Positions 38,346-51,785 are shown, numbered from the stretch's first letter. The stretch: DNA of 64,000 bases from Octopus sinensis (GCF_006345805.1 NC_043000.1:65596001-65660000); one strand, 5' to 3'. Made by a program: numbers and translations. The notes: generated from the letters alone by a model not told the origin.

Positions 38346-38770
38346 GTCCCCCAAGATCAGGGCTAGAATCATATTTTTACTATGTTCGTGCACAAGCTTC
38401 CCAAGTGTCTTAACTTACTTTAATTTTTTATTTTTGATATATATTTTTTCATTTTTTCCCTTTTTAATTGTGTGAATGTGTACGTGTGTGAGTATATGTA
38501 TATGTATATATATATTTCATATGTATATGTGTGTGCGTATGTATATATGTGTAAATGTATATGTATGTATATGAGTGTAAGACTGTGTCCGGTGCATAAG
38601 TGCGACTTTCATTCACACGTCCCCTTCATTAATGCGGATATGCATATGTTTGTATATGTGCGGATATAGATGTGTGATAGAGGACGTATATATACATATA
38701 TATATATATGTACATATATAAATAAATAAATAAATATATATATATATATAATATATATATATATATATAC

Positions 38771-39747
38771 GCGAGAAAGAAGCAACAAGAATGGATAGGT
38801 TTTTAGTACGATCGTTTCATACAAGGACAGGTTTTATTAAAAGTTGCAAAGATTACAGCATATAAACGAGTCCCGTACTCATCAGCTAAAATACATGTGA
38901 GTTCTCTAGACATCCTAGTGTTTGAGGCTATACTCATGAAGTAATGTAGATAATTAATTAACATAAACAGATTTCTAAAGTTCATTAAAGTTCTTTAAAG
39001 ATGATGAACAGTCTTATCACAGAATTTTAAAAAAGTTTTGATAGCATCACAGAGAAGGTGACCTAATCCATATGAATTTCCATAGATATGATGAGGGATT
39101 ATATACTCACAGAAGACAAATTTATCCATTGTTAATTACAACGAGGTGGGTCTCAATTCCTGCTTATTAGCATTACAGAGAGGGTGAATTAATCCTTTGT
39201 ATAGATGCAAATTCACCCTCTCTGTAATGCTAATAAGCAGGAATTGAGACCCACCTCGTTGTAATTAACAATGGATAAATTTGTCTTCTGTGAGTATATA
39301 ATCCCTCATCATATCTATGGAAATTCATATGGATTAGGTCACCTTCTCTGTGATGCTATCAAAACTTTTTTAAAATTCTGTGATAAGACTGTTCATCATC
39401 TTTAAAGAACTTAATGAACTTTAGAAATCTGTTTATGTTAATTAATTATCTACATTACTTCATGAGTATAGCCTCAAACACTAGGATGTCTAGAGAACTC
39501 ACATGTATTTTAGCTGATGAGTACGGGACTCGTTTATATGCTGTAATCTTTGCAACTTTTAATAAAACCTGTCCTTGTATGAAACGATCGTACTAAAAAC
39601 CTATCCATTCTTGTTGCTTCTTTCTCGCTTATAATCACCCCACATTACTGTATTGTTAAATCAGTATGGTTTTTTTTGGTGCATCTAAGTTAGGTACCAT
39701 ATTCAAGTAAATTCATTTAAATTAACTTGAATCTTTATTGCTCTTTG
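38771..39747 (+). mobile_element. Fold-back Penelope-like element: about 420-bp arms (38771-39190 and 39210-39628), 19-nt loop, 119-nt tail (39629-39747), flanked by (TA)n
   Basis: Near-perfect palindrome. Same family as 20904-22156, in the opposite orientation. Confidence 0.88.
39508..39598 (+). ncRNA. Type I hammerhead ribozyme motif (mirror copy 38801-38891 on minus)
   Basis: UUUUAG-CUGAUGA-GUACGGGAC...GUCCUUGUAU-GAAA-CGAUCG-UA-CUAAAA, with a perfectly palindromic stem III. Confidence 0.85.
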
Positions 39748-39796
<49 letters not shown>

Positions 39797-39942
39797 CGTG
39801 TATGCAGCAGTGTGAATATATGCCTGTATATATATTTATACGTATAAATGTCTAAATGTATATGTATTATGTTATGTGTATGCATGCAAACATCTATGTG
39901 TATATGAGGATGAACATACGTAGACATATACATACATACATC

Positions 39943-39991
<49 letters not shown>

Positions 39992-40007
39992 TAATATATA
40001 TATATAT

Positions 40008-40197
40008 ATTAATTTATTATATAGAAGGAGCTTCTACAGGACTAGAACTGTTTCATTCAAGAGAAATCTGAAGATTTCTCTTGAATGAAACAGTTCTAGT
40101 CCTGTAGAAGCTCCTTCTATATAATAAATTAATTTTACTCTGCTATGTATTGAGTACCTTATTTACTGTGGTTAACCCCGAATCAACCCGGGACCTA
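40008..40197 (+). mobile_element. Miniature fold-back element: perfect 62-bp arms (40008-40069 and 40072-40133), 2-nt loop, 64-nt tail, in (TA)n
   Basis: Direct reading. A CTGAAGA..GAAACAGTT motif starts at the fold-back point. Confidence 0.8.
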
Positions 40198-42112
40198 CAT
40201 ATATATATATATATATATATATGTCACTCGCAAGCTCGTACACGCTCACACACATGCGCACTGACGCACGCGTACACACACACGTATACCGATTAAACAT
40301 CTTCATTGATATTAAATTAAAATTTTTCTGCTTCTCTTTCACCCGCTCCTCTCCCACCACCACCTATTCTAAAATACTCTATAATCACTGGTGCAATTTA
40401 ATCCCATTATTTATAAATCCGGGCAACTCTCAGCTAAAAGGTGCTTATGCTGGTTTTTTTTTATTTATTATATTACTTACAAGAAGTATAAAAAGCATTG
40501 TATGTAAGTCCCTGCTTGCTGGAAATACAGGATAATTTAGAAAATTTACTTTAGATTTTGTTTTTCGTCATTTAAAAAAACTACAAACGAAGGAACATAT
40601 GTTTAGTAAAATTACGTTTAATTATTAATGTGCTTCGCTGAATTGTAAGTGCCCGTATGTGCATATGTGTATGTGCGCGCGTACTAACATGCACATTCAA
40701 TTTATGGACATCCTGAATAAAATATAATTGCTGTCTGTGTATAGATTTTAGCGTATTTGGTGTACAGTTTATATCAAATATAAAAGCAGCTCTCGCTGCC
40801 TGGTATTTCAGCTTCTTCCTACGCGTGCCTGCCTATTCCGCTTACAATATAACCTACTTACATTGCTTCCTTCTTACGTTGCGTGACAGCTACTGTAGGT
40901 CACGAGTTGGATGGATTTTTATAAAAAATATATTTATTAAGAAGAAAAAAAAGGTGATATAAGTGATGAAGAAGTATTGTATTCTTTGTTTTATGTTGTC
41001 GAATACTAATGATATTTCAACGTTATTTTTGCTGGAATGTTAGCTGGAGTTTAAAATATAAGACATACGGCAACTATCTAAATCAAATCTCGTTTAAGCG
41101 ATGTTGTCAATTACTATGAAAACATGAATGCTACATAAATATAGCTGAACGTCTCTAAACAAATCGTGCCGCGTGTATGTTTAAGCTGCTTGGAAATCTC
41201 CGAGCAGACACGAAATTAAATCTCGAATTGTTGTTCATGTTTGAATATTGGATGATTAATTCTTTTGGTATCGTTCCCTTTCAGAATTCATAACTGAATG
41301 GTGGTGGGCGAGCTAAAGTTGTGGATTTGCTGCTTAAAACGTAAGATGTTATCTTTGTTGCAAACATTTAAATTTCTTATCCTTCTTTGGGAGTTGAGAG
41401 CATTTAGAACAGAGGAAAGAACTTTCTTTGCCCATATTTAAATTACCCAACAATACGCTTTCGTAGTTCTAACTTACTTCATAATAAAATAGGTCAAATT
41501 TTCGGAAGTAAATTAATTGATAGTAACACTTATGAACTCATTTTAACATCATGTAGGTATTAGCTGATGTTGCTGTTTACCTTTGAGGTGTTCCTGTTTA
41601 AGGAGTCCTACCATCAACGGTTTTCAAACCATGGCTATCTCAGTTTTATAACTGGAATAATGTACAATCTTGAAAAACGACATGTCAGTAAGAGGGTAAT
41701 GTTTTTAAGGGGAAATTGACTGCTATTTCATATAGTACGAGTAACCACGTAGCGGTTCATTTGGGCTTAGTATTTTATGAAAATACTATTTAAAAGTTGA
41801 TGAGTGAGACCAGTATGGTAGTTGAGTTAAATTTAAGTTTGACTCGGTGATGAGTGTCCAACAAAGAAAGTTGTATCTACTCTGTTTTAGTCCAATTAAA
41901 TATATGTAAACAATCAGAAAGTTCAATGCGTTGGTATTTTAGAATATTTTTAATTTTGAAGTTGCTCCTGATGTAGAATCAACATGCAAAAAAGAACAGC
42001 TGAAGTATAGGTCTGTGTTGAACAACAGCGGATATAGAACAGGGGTGGGTATTGAATCTAGCCTTTGTCAAAGGGTTTAGCCTCTGCAGGTGACTTGAAA
42101 ACTCTGTAATGA

Positions 42113-42124
42113 GTGTGTGTGTGC

Positions 42125-42203
<79 letters not shown>

Positions 42204-42210
42204 TGTGTGT
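42113..42210. repeat. (TG)n microsatellite
   Basis: Direct repeat. Confidence 0.96.
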
Positions 42211-43989
42211 AAATAGAAGTGTAGATGTTTTGGTGATTGGAGAGTAATCGGAAAGGTGAAAGTAATAGAGTCGAACAAACAATAGAGTAGATTCTTCGAG
42301 AGGAGTTGGGAATGAGCCAAAGTAAGTGGAAGCTAAACAAACTAGAGTAGGTTGCAGACGACTACACTATTGTGTTCATTACAACAGTCAATGACCATTC
42401 TTCCCTTTTCTTTATTTTTATATTTATTTCGTCGACATTGAAAACTATAAAAAAGTATTTTCTACCAGAAATTTCTCATTCACCCTTCTGCATATATTTG
42501 TATTTGTTGATATGCAAGAGAACGTTTGAAATGTAAACCTTAACATAGCTCTCGTCTTCGTTGCTTGCAGTAGAAACGTATCTCAAATGACTTTTGCTTA
42601 CACTTTTCTTTTTTTTTTTTTCTTTCTCCACGCTCTTTGCGCGCGCGTTACACAGCACAACATCAGAATAGATTGTAGCGTTGGTATTTCAACGTAAATA
42701 AAGAATACTAAACATATTTGTTGATGTTCAGTCTGAAAATCACACGCAATAAAAGAAGAGAAGGAAACGCAAGAGCAGAGTTCTAAATCGGAATACGACC
42801 ATGTAGAATATAGAATGATTTGAACATATGCAGCAGTCTTAACAAATAATATAAAATGAATTCGTCACATCTCTCAATGGAGGAAGTAATATATTATTAG
42901 TAACAAATATCATTGACAGGAGAGCGGCTGGGGGGTAGTTACATGGCGAATAGCAAAACAAAATATAATGAAGTCAGCACATCTATTAAAAAGATTGTAT
43001 GTCGATATTTAACTTTTATGTAGCTCTGTCTGTGTGTATGTGTGCAAGTCCAAGTACACGTGCGTGTACATGCGTCTTCTAAGATTTTACAAGGCAAAAT
43101 GTAAAATGTGTTATATATTGAGTTTTGAACTGTTATATTAATAGAAGCTTTTCATATTACGACATTAAAAGTATATGACATCATAGCGGAAATAAAGACG
43201 CCATAGGATCGGAGCGCATTTGTAGCACAACAAGAGTTTAATGCGACGCACCAGGATATTGTTGGAATGGATACAAGTAATGTTAATCTAGTGTAACACT
43301 ATAATATATATATACACAGCTATTAAAGTATTAGATGTATGCAATATTGCTTTCAAATATTAAATATCAATAGTAGTTTCATATATCCACATACAATAGT
43401 GCTTTGGAATAACGATCTAAGACTGAAACATGCCTATAGTTTTTCCCATATTTGCTTAAGATTGGATTAGTTTAATATTAGCTATCTGGTAATGTTTATC
43501 CTCGCATGTTCAGTGTTCTTGCTTGTTTTCTATCCCTGTATGTTCACATGCCTATTTCAAAGTTATATTAATTGAGATTTCTGCATTGTCAATCCACGCT
43601 GAATATTTGAGATTTGATTGTGTTGTCCCTGCCTGTGTTTAGCAGATTTAATTATTGATCCAATGTTAATATCTTTTCAATGTACAGAAGGTCTTAATTA
43701 ATTAGTTACCGTATTTTCCAGCATAAATGTCGAATTTCCCAGACCAAAATTTAGAGCCAAAATTTATATATTAACCAAGACGCCTTTGGAAGACCAGAAA
43801 ATCCATGTGAAATGCAACAGGCTTTAGAAAGATAGTGCTAATGTTTATTCTACGTCGACTTGTATGCCGGGAAATATGGTATCTTACAAGTTATATTAAA
43901 TGTTAACACCTTTGCTAATTGTTTTCAACTCGGACAGCGTATTTTTCCTCTGTCACTATGTTGCATCTACGTCAGGGGCAATCAAAACC

Positions 43990-44380
43990 GGTCTGCTCAA
44001 GTAATCATGCAAACCAGTATTACTTATTTCATGGTTGGGCCATCGGTGACTAAACCGGAAATAATCTTCTAGGATCACTCCTTACTGTGCGGAGGATGGT
44101 AGGGAAAACAACACCTATGTATAAGGATGGGTAAATTCAACAAGGAATCAATGGTCTACAAGTGGAGAAAAGCCATGGTTTTCAGTCGAGCATTGCTGAC
44201 TCTCTTAGTAACCCTTGCAGCCGGTTGCATCGTTCCTCCGACTCAGAGAAACCCTGGTGAGAAATACTCCTTGATGAATAATATGAATGACCACCCAAAG
44301 TCGCTTAAATTAGTCCTGATTCATCCAGTTATCGAAAGCGACGTGTGCTGTTCTGTTTCTCTGTTTTCACTGCCTTAGTG
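43990..44380 (+). mobile_element. Degenerate repeat resembling an RTE-type LINE 5' region
   Basis: CATGGTTGGGCCATCGGTGACTAAACCGG is shared with the minus strand of 61950-61990. Confidence 0.4.
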
Positions 44381-44827
44381 TACATAAAAATAATTTTATT
44401 ACGGAACTGCGTTCAAATCCAGCTGAATTCAGCTTTGCCTTTCATCTCTCCGGGTTCCATATAATAAAGAGCCATTCGAGAACTGGAGTCGTTAGCATAT
44501 ACTTATCCCCATCTTCTCAAAACGGCTGGCCTTGTACCTAAATTAGAAATCATTATTACGAAACTCGCAAGCATGGTAAAGACTATACTCAATTGATGAG
44601 GTCCAATAAGACCAAAATATGTGCGGAGTTGTCTTTATGATTTTCAAATACCAAACTGATTCAATATTAGCGATTTTTCTAATGTTTTCTTTTTCACTCA
44701 TCACGTTCCTGCTTCTAATTTTAATTTACTGAGAGTTCGGTATTGTGAACCTATTTTGATTATTTGAGATTTTGAGTTGTCATCTCCTCCTGTCTTGAGA
44801 ATATTTAGACAATATTACACTGCTTAG

Positions 44828-44886
<59 letters not shown>

Positions 44887-45530
44887 ACTCCTACACACTA
44901 TGAGTTGGTCGTGGCTGGAATGACTTTGACCATAAGTTTACTCTATCATTACTGAGTGAGGGCTAACTAACAATGACAACTAACTGATGGCGTAAGAGAG
45001 AGTCTGGATTAATTAAGATGCTCTTGAGCATAACAATGTGTTAGTGCTTATTTTTCTGAATATACATTAATGTAGCGTAGTAGTTCCACAGCTCCAACTT
45101 CAGAGATATAACTATTCATTTTGAGATAATTTATATTACATGAACGTAGGTTTAAGCTTTTAGAATTTGCACAGCATTCAAAAGTAATTGTCAGCCACTA
45201 AACATTATAGTCAGCTTGTCACTCGCTAGTCAGCAATTTTAATGCCATCCGTTGACTTTAATATTTTGGTATCAACTGATATATTCACTTTTGTAATTTT
45301 AAACTTCTTACACTAGCCCCATATCTGCCATAAGGTTAATTGCTCCTTAAGTATAATTAATCTGCAAAACAAATTCTGCAGACTTTAAATATTTGAACAA
45401 AACACAGAACATAAACAACCATGATATTCACTAAGGATATTATTATTATTATTATTATTATATTATTATTATTATTATTATTATTATCATTATTATTATC
45501 ATCATTATTATTATTATTATTATTATTATT

Positions 45531-46079
45531 CTATGTTTGACTTTTGCTTTATGTCTGTACAAGTTGGCTCCAAGTCTCACCCAGAGACCTCAAGAGACAA
45601 CAGGTTGGAAGTTCTGTGCCATATATTTGGTTTTTTTTTTTTTTTTTTTTGGTGTTGTACTAGTGAATGTCTAATACATAAAAATAAAATTTTTAAAAAA
45701 ATAAAATAAAATAAAATAAAATAAAATAAATAAATAAATAAATAAATAAATAAAAGTTTGTTTTAAACCTTCGGATTACATAGAGAGTATTTTGCGTAGG
45801 ATATGAGCAGTTCCCATGCGCACTATCTTTTGAATTTCTGCCATTTTGGTGTTTCCTGGTATCTGAGTTAGGTAGCAATTAGTCCCTTTCGCTATCATTC
45901 CCAGGGCACCTATGACAATAGGTATTGTTTTAGTCTTCAGCTTCCACATTTTGCTGATTTCTATTTCAAGATCTTTATATTTGCTCAGTTTTTGGTAGGT
46001 CTTGACAGATACGTTTATATCGATTGGGACAGTCATATCAATGAGGAGGCATGTTCTTTGTCTGAAGTCTTTCAATATG
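45531..46079 (-). mobile_element. 5'-truncated R4/Dong-like non-LTR retrotransposon (restriction-like endonuclease domain plus 3' UTR) inside a (TAA)n microsatellite
   Basis: KDFRQRTCLLIDMTVPIDINVSVKTYQKLSKYKDLEIEISKMWKLKTKTIPIVIGALG (ORF 45776-46075). (ATT)n on both flanks. Confidence 0.88.
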
Positions 46080-46124
<45 letters not shown>

Positions 46125-46139
46125 TTATTATTATTATTA

Positions 46140-46183
<44 letters not shown>

Positions 46184-46209
46184 GTTTAATAATGCTGCAG
46201 TATTATACT

Positions 46210-46432
46210 CTTTTTTCTTTTACTTGTTTCAGTCATTTGACTGCGGCCATGCTGGAGCACCGCCTTTAGTCGAGCAAATCGACTCCAGGACTTATTCTTT
46301 GGACGCCTAGTACTTATTCTATTGGTCTCTTTAACCGAACCGCTAAGTTACAGGGACATAAGCATACCACAATCGGTTGTCAAGCGATGTTGGGGGGACA
46401 AATACAGACACACAAACATATACACACACACA

Positions 46433-46486
<54 letters not shown>

Positions 46487-46563
46487 GTGTATATATATAT
46501 ATGTATATATATATATGTATATATATATATATGTATATATATGTATATATATATATATATATA

Positions 46564-46616
<53 letters not shown>

Positions 46617-46800
46617 GTATATATATATATACATATATACGACGGACTTCTTTCAGTTTCCGACTATCAAATCCACTCACAAGGCTTTGGTCGACCCGAG
46701 GCTATAGTAGAAGACACTTGGCCTAGGTGCCACGCAGTGGGAATGAACCCGGAACCATGTGGTTGGTAAGCAAGCTGCTTACCACATAGACACTCCTGCG
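46210..46800 (-). mobile_element. SINE family B with expanded internal (CA)n/(TA)n
   Basis: Near full-length reverse complement of the family B consensus. Confidence 0.88.
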
Positions 46801-47444
46801 CCTACATTCATATAAAGTACTGCAGGGACGGTAGATTAACAGTATCTACTTTTAGAATGTTGGACATAAAAGCTTTCCAGTATTTGTTTCGGCTCCTTAC
46901 TTTCTGAGTTCAAACTCTGATGAAATCATCATAGCCATTAATGCTTCCGGAGTTGATAAAATGAAGTACCAGTCAAGTATTTGATCGATGTAATCGATTG
47001 TTCCCTTCCCTCAAATATAAAACCTTGCATAACACTATTCGTATCCACCATTTCATCATTGCCCAATCTTTCTTAATGTTATACCGTTTATCTTACACCA
47101 TTAGATAGTTGTCATTGTTATTCAGCCCTCACCCAGTAATGATGGAGTAAATTTATGGTCAGAGTCATTCCAACCACGACCAATTCATCATGTTAGAAAT
47201 GTGTAGGAATACATTACCTAAATTGTTGTTCTTCGCTTCTGAGGGTTGAATGCGATTTGAAGGAAGTTTAGTTGCTATTTTAAACAGATCGCTTGACTGT
47301 TTAGATGTTCTCTCGCTGGCTTGTTAAACTATCCGTTCATTGTGTGGCATCAAGCTTTATTCTGTGAAGAAATCTCGTTCATTTACTTTTGTTCGATTAA
47401 TTTTTTTTTTTTGCCATTTTCACAGCATTATTATTGCTATTTCT

Positions 47445-47860
47445 AGCTGGCAGAATCGTTAGCATACCGGACAAAAAGCATAACAGCGTGTCTTCTGGCT
47501 TTACGTTCTGAGTTCAAATTTAACCGATGTCGACATCTCTTTTCAGCCTTTTGAGGTAATTGAAATAAGTACTAATTGAGCCAAGGGGGTCAATGTAATC
47601 GACAAAATCCCTCCCTACAAAATTTCGAGCCTTGTGCCCTTCGTTGAAAGGGCTATTATTACTATATGTAAGGCGGCGTGTTGGCGGAATCGTTTTCACA
47701 CTGGTCAAAATACTTAGAGGCATATCTTTCGGTTCTTTACTATCGGCTTTGCTTTTCGTTCTTTTGAGTTCGATAAAATAAGCACCAGTTGATCCCCGAG
47801 TTGGATGTAATCGACTTATTCCTTCTCCTAAAATTGCTGACCTTGTTCTAAAATCTGAAT
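47445..47860 (+). mobile_element. Two consecutive SINE family A copies
   Basis: Starts near 47445 and 47670. Confidence 0.8.
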
Positions 47861-48245
47861 CATTATTATAACTATTTATTCCTGTGCACGCACTCGTGCA
47901 AATAAATAAACTCAATTACTTGACCTTTAAGTTACGAGAGTAAACTATCAACAGATGATCAGCTTTATTTATTGTTTTTCAGAATAGCATTAATATTCAG
48001 TTCTAATTTTTATTTACTCCAGAAAGGTTAAAAACAAAGATGACAACTTGGAAGGATTTGAACTCAGAATCTAAAGGTTTGTAGCTAAATAATCTCCGGT
48101 GCTCTAACGATTTCGTCTGTCTATCGCCCTTTTGTGCCGCATTAATAGTAAAACAATGCATTTATCAATAGGTTCAAAAGTCACAATTGATATTAATTAG
48201 TTTAGTAGCAAATTCACATTGTGATAACTACCAAAAATAGCTATA

Positions 48246-48930
48246 GGATGGTGCTAGGACAATTCGTCCCCGGTCACTTCGTCGCTGGTTAATTTGTCCC
48301 CGGTCAATTCGTCGTTGAATAATTCATCCTTAAGTCAATTTGTCGCTAGCCAATTCGTCCCAAAATATTCTTAAATGTGACTGTCGAGGGAAAGTTTAGA
48401 ACAATCATTTTAGAATTAAATATGTCGTTGGACTGTTTTAGATATTTTTTCCATTCTTTAACGCCCTGCCCCTCTCTCTCTCAAGTATCTGCGCTGAACA
48501 GTTTACGAATAAAGATTTTCAAGCAATTCGAATTAAATTTATTCAATGTGCCTACTCATCAACATGTCTACCTGTAAGATCATAACTTCAGAGAAAGGAA
48601 AAACCAAAGTGGTCGATCAAGAAAATTATATATACACAAAAAAAAAAATAATAATAATAATAATAATAAGCAGAATGCAGATGGATTGAAGATATACTGG
48701 AGGTGCGAAAATCGTGTGTGCAAGGCGAAACTTCATACAGATAAAAATTATATAGTGCTTAAGAAGATTGCGATTCATAATCACGATTCAACTACTGATG
48801 TGGTAAATGCAAGGATAATAGTTTCAAATATTAAAGTAAAATCTATTTCATCTTGTGATGCCCTTCGCTCAATTATCGCTCGTGAAGTTCAGAATTTAAA
48901 TGACTGTACATTGTCGCAAATACCTACCAA
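48246..48930 (+). mobile_element. MULE (Phantom-like) transposon 5' fragment with repeated subterminal motif and FLYWCH zinc finger
   Basis: CAATTCGTCCCC-like units at 48258-48362. Translation ENYIYTKK..KIYWRCENRVCKAKLHT..HNH. Truncated by a SINE B at 48930. Confidence 0.8.
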
Positions 48931-49025
48931 CACGGGCTTTGGCCGGCCCGAGGCTATAGTTGAAGATACTTACTCAAGGTGCCACGCAGTGGGACTGAAT
49001 CCGGAACCATGTGGTTGGGAAGCAA
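48930..49025 (-). mobile_element. SINE family B 5' fragment
   Basis: GGCTTTGGCCGGCCCGAGGCTATAGTTGAAGATACTT..GGAACCATGTGGTTGGGAAGCAA. Confidence 0.8.
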
Positions 49026-49281
49026 TATATACGAAAGAAGATGTTTATTCACTTGACCGGTCTCACATTTTTAGAAAAAGATTGTCAAAAGTAAAATGTT
49101 AAGCTTTGTATAAGCTTTGTTGTGTTAAGTACTGGTTGTCACAAAAGTATTAAAATACAGAGACACATTCTTTGATAATAATAAGAAAATGTTAAAAATA
49201 GTTTACAAGAAAGTATTTGAGAAAGTAATCAGAATGGGACTCCAAAAAGTAGACTTCAATAAAAATTATGTTTGTTTGGTA

Positions 49282-49319
<38 letters not shown>

Positions 49320-49326
<7 letters not shown>

Positions 49327-49657
49327 GAAGGAGATATATTTAAGAATTTACAAAAAATTGTATAGGAATAACTGACCTTTCTGACATTTTCTCATGTGTG
49401 TAGCTAAGGAATGTTTGCTATCTTGAGGGATAGTGTGGGAGGTTGGAAGGGAGTGGGTGGAGGCAGAGCAATGTGGAATTAAACGGATTTTTTTAATTTT
49501 TAGGCTAGTCTGTCATGGTTCAGTGGTTTGGGGAACTGGACTTAGAGGTCAGAATGGTGTGAGTGTGTATGTTTCTGTGCACATCTCTATGTGTATGTGT
49601 ATATATACATGTGCTTGTGTTTCATATTTGGTAGGATGGTGTGAGTATATGTGTGCA

Positions 49658-49707
<50 letters not shown>

Positions 49708-49914
49708 TGATTAGTATTTGTCAGGGTGTGAGTGTATCTATGTGTCTTGTATTTGTCTGAGAGGTGTGTGTCATTGTATATGTGCATGCTTTTGTGTATG
49801 TGCATGTCTGTGTGTTTGTGAGTGTTTGTTGAGATTGTGGATTGTATTATGTGTATATGTATGTTTTTTAATTTTTGAGTGTGTATGTGATTTTTTACTG
49901 GGAAACGGGCGTAT

Positions 49915-49945
<31 letters not shown>

Positions 49946-51290
49946 ACATATGTGTGCATATATGTGTGTGGGGTTGTATTTGCGTGTATGTGTGTATATC
50001 TGTGTATGTGTGAGTGTGTTTGTGTGAATGTGATTTGTGATTGTCAGGGTGGTGTGTGTAGGTGTGGGCATGTTCGCGTTTACGTATGTGTGTATGTGTG
50101 TGTGAGAGTTGGTTATGGTTGCTAGAATCGTATTGCAAGTGTATATATGTATGTGTTTTTTCTTGGAATATGTGTGGGGATATTGTGTTTGTGCGTGTGT
50201 GTGTGTTTGCGTGGGTGGTTTGCATTGTATTTGAGTTTGCGTGATTTTGGACATCTGTATGTGTTTGTGTGTGTACCTGGGGGGGTATGTTAGAGTTGTA
50301 GTCTGTATTTTTCAATAAGATTATTTTCCCTATTTATTCGTGTTTAGTCAGTGGTGTTGTCCGGACATTGGTATAGTGGAAAAACTAGGAATTTGGGGGT
50401 ACTTGTGCAGAGAGATCTAAGTGCCCACTAAGTGGTATCTGTCTTGTGGCTGGATCCCTCAATTGTTGGCAGCGGACTGTCATCCTTTCTCTGAGGGTAA
50501 GGGTCGTTTGCTCTATGTAATCTTTGTGGCACTCTTCACACCTTATGGCATAAAGTAAATTCTTTGATGCGCAGGTGAAGTTATTTTTTTATGATAAAAG
50601 TGTGTCCCGACTGGAATTTGTATATTGTTCCTTCAATGAGGTGGATGCAAACCCTGCAGTTGGAACGACCACATTTTTTGACAGTGGGCGGTGGGCTTCT
50701 ATTGGGAAATTTTGCATTGGTGAGTAGGTTTGTTAGGGATTTGGGTTGTCTTTTGCTTTTTATTATTTTATGGGTTGAGAGTATTTTTTTTTAGGCGTGG
50801 GTCTTGACTCAGCTGTGGGATGTTCTTGTATATAATTGTGTAAGCTCCTGCATTTCTTGGATTGTGTGTTGAGAGATATGGGAGACTATTTAATGTACCG
50901 TGAGTGTGTTTTGATTTTCGTAAGTCTTGGGTAGCAATTGTCTTGGCCCGTTCTATTCCATTGTCAACAAATGATGCTGGGTAATGTCTTTCGAGAAGAA
51001 TTGCCTTTAGTTCTTGGGGTCTTTTATTTCGTGTACTATAGTTTGAGACAATCGTACAGATTCTTCTCACTAGGTTGAAGGGGATGTATGTCTTCGTGTA
51101 CTTTGGGTGATTGGAGGTGAACAGAAGGTATTGTTTGAAATCAGTCGGTTTGTAGTGGATATCAGTTTCAATGTTGGTGCCTTTTTTTAGAATAAGAATG
51201 TCAAGAAAAGGAAGTTGGTCTTGACTATATTCCATTGTAAATTGGATATGGTTGTTGACACTGTTGATTAGGTTTTTAAAATCAATGAGT
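49320..51290 (-). mobile_element. 5'-truncated Penelope-like element: RT C-terminus plus GIY-YIG endonuclease, then a long CA-rich 3' region
   Basis: LPFLDILI..DIHYKPTDFKQYLLFTSNHP (ORF 50768-51235). Frameshifted KCGRSNCRVCIHL..FTCASKNLLYAIRCEECHKDYIEQT at about 50500-50680. Confidence 0.92.
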
Positions 51291-51323
51291 TTTATATATA
51301 TATATATATATATATCAATGATT

Positions 51324-51360
<37 letters not shown>

Positions 51361-51367
<7 letters not shown>

Positions 51368-51785
51368 TTTCAAATTTTGGCACAAGGCCAGCAATTTGGG
51401 AGAGGGAGTAAGGCGATTAGATTGACTCCAGTGTTCAACTGGTACTTATTTTATCGACTCCGAAAGGGATGAAATGCAGTCAGCCTCGGCGGAATTTGAA
51501 CTCAGAATGTAAAGAATGTGTTTACTGTGAAAATCCATATATATCCAGCCTGTAGAGGGAGTCCCTCAACGAAGAACGGTGCTTACCATGCGTTGATAAG
51601 AGGCAATTACCTCGAAACCGGTCCGTATGTAGTATCCGTATCTTCGGGGAGGCTGATCTCCTTTGCAGGCTGGCAAGGACACCGTGATGGTGTCAGTCCT
51701 TCTGGTGACGTCGATGATCGCCTGGGGCTAAATGCATCAGTAACACACCCACCACCCCGCCCTGTCCCTAGCCACATTCAGATGG

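Noticed and set aside
43207-43277. Possible small exon DRSAFVAQQEFNATHQDIVGMDT
   Set aside because: The acceptor lacks a polypyrimidine tract and there is no recognisable homology.
48258-48362. Short repeats with variable spacers resembling an array
   Set aside because: Better explained as the structured subterminal repeats of a MULE/Phantom transposon directly upstream of a FLYWCH reading.
49587-50315. 242-aa and overlapping HT/CV-rich ORFs
   Set aside because: These come from the low-complexity 3' region of the Penelope-like element.
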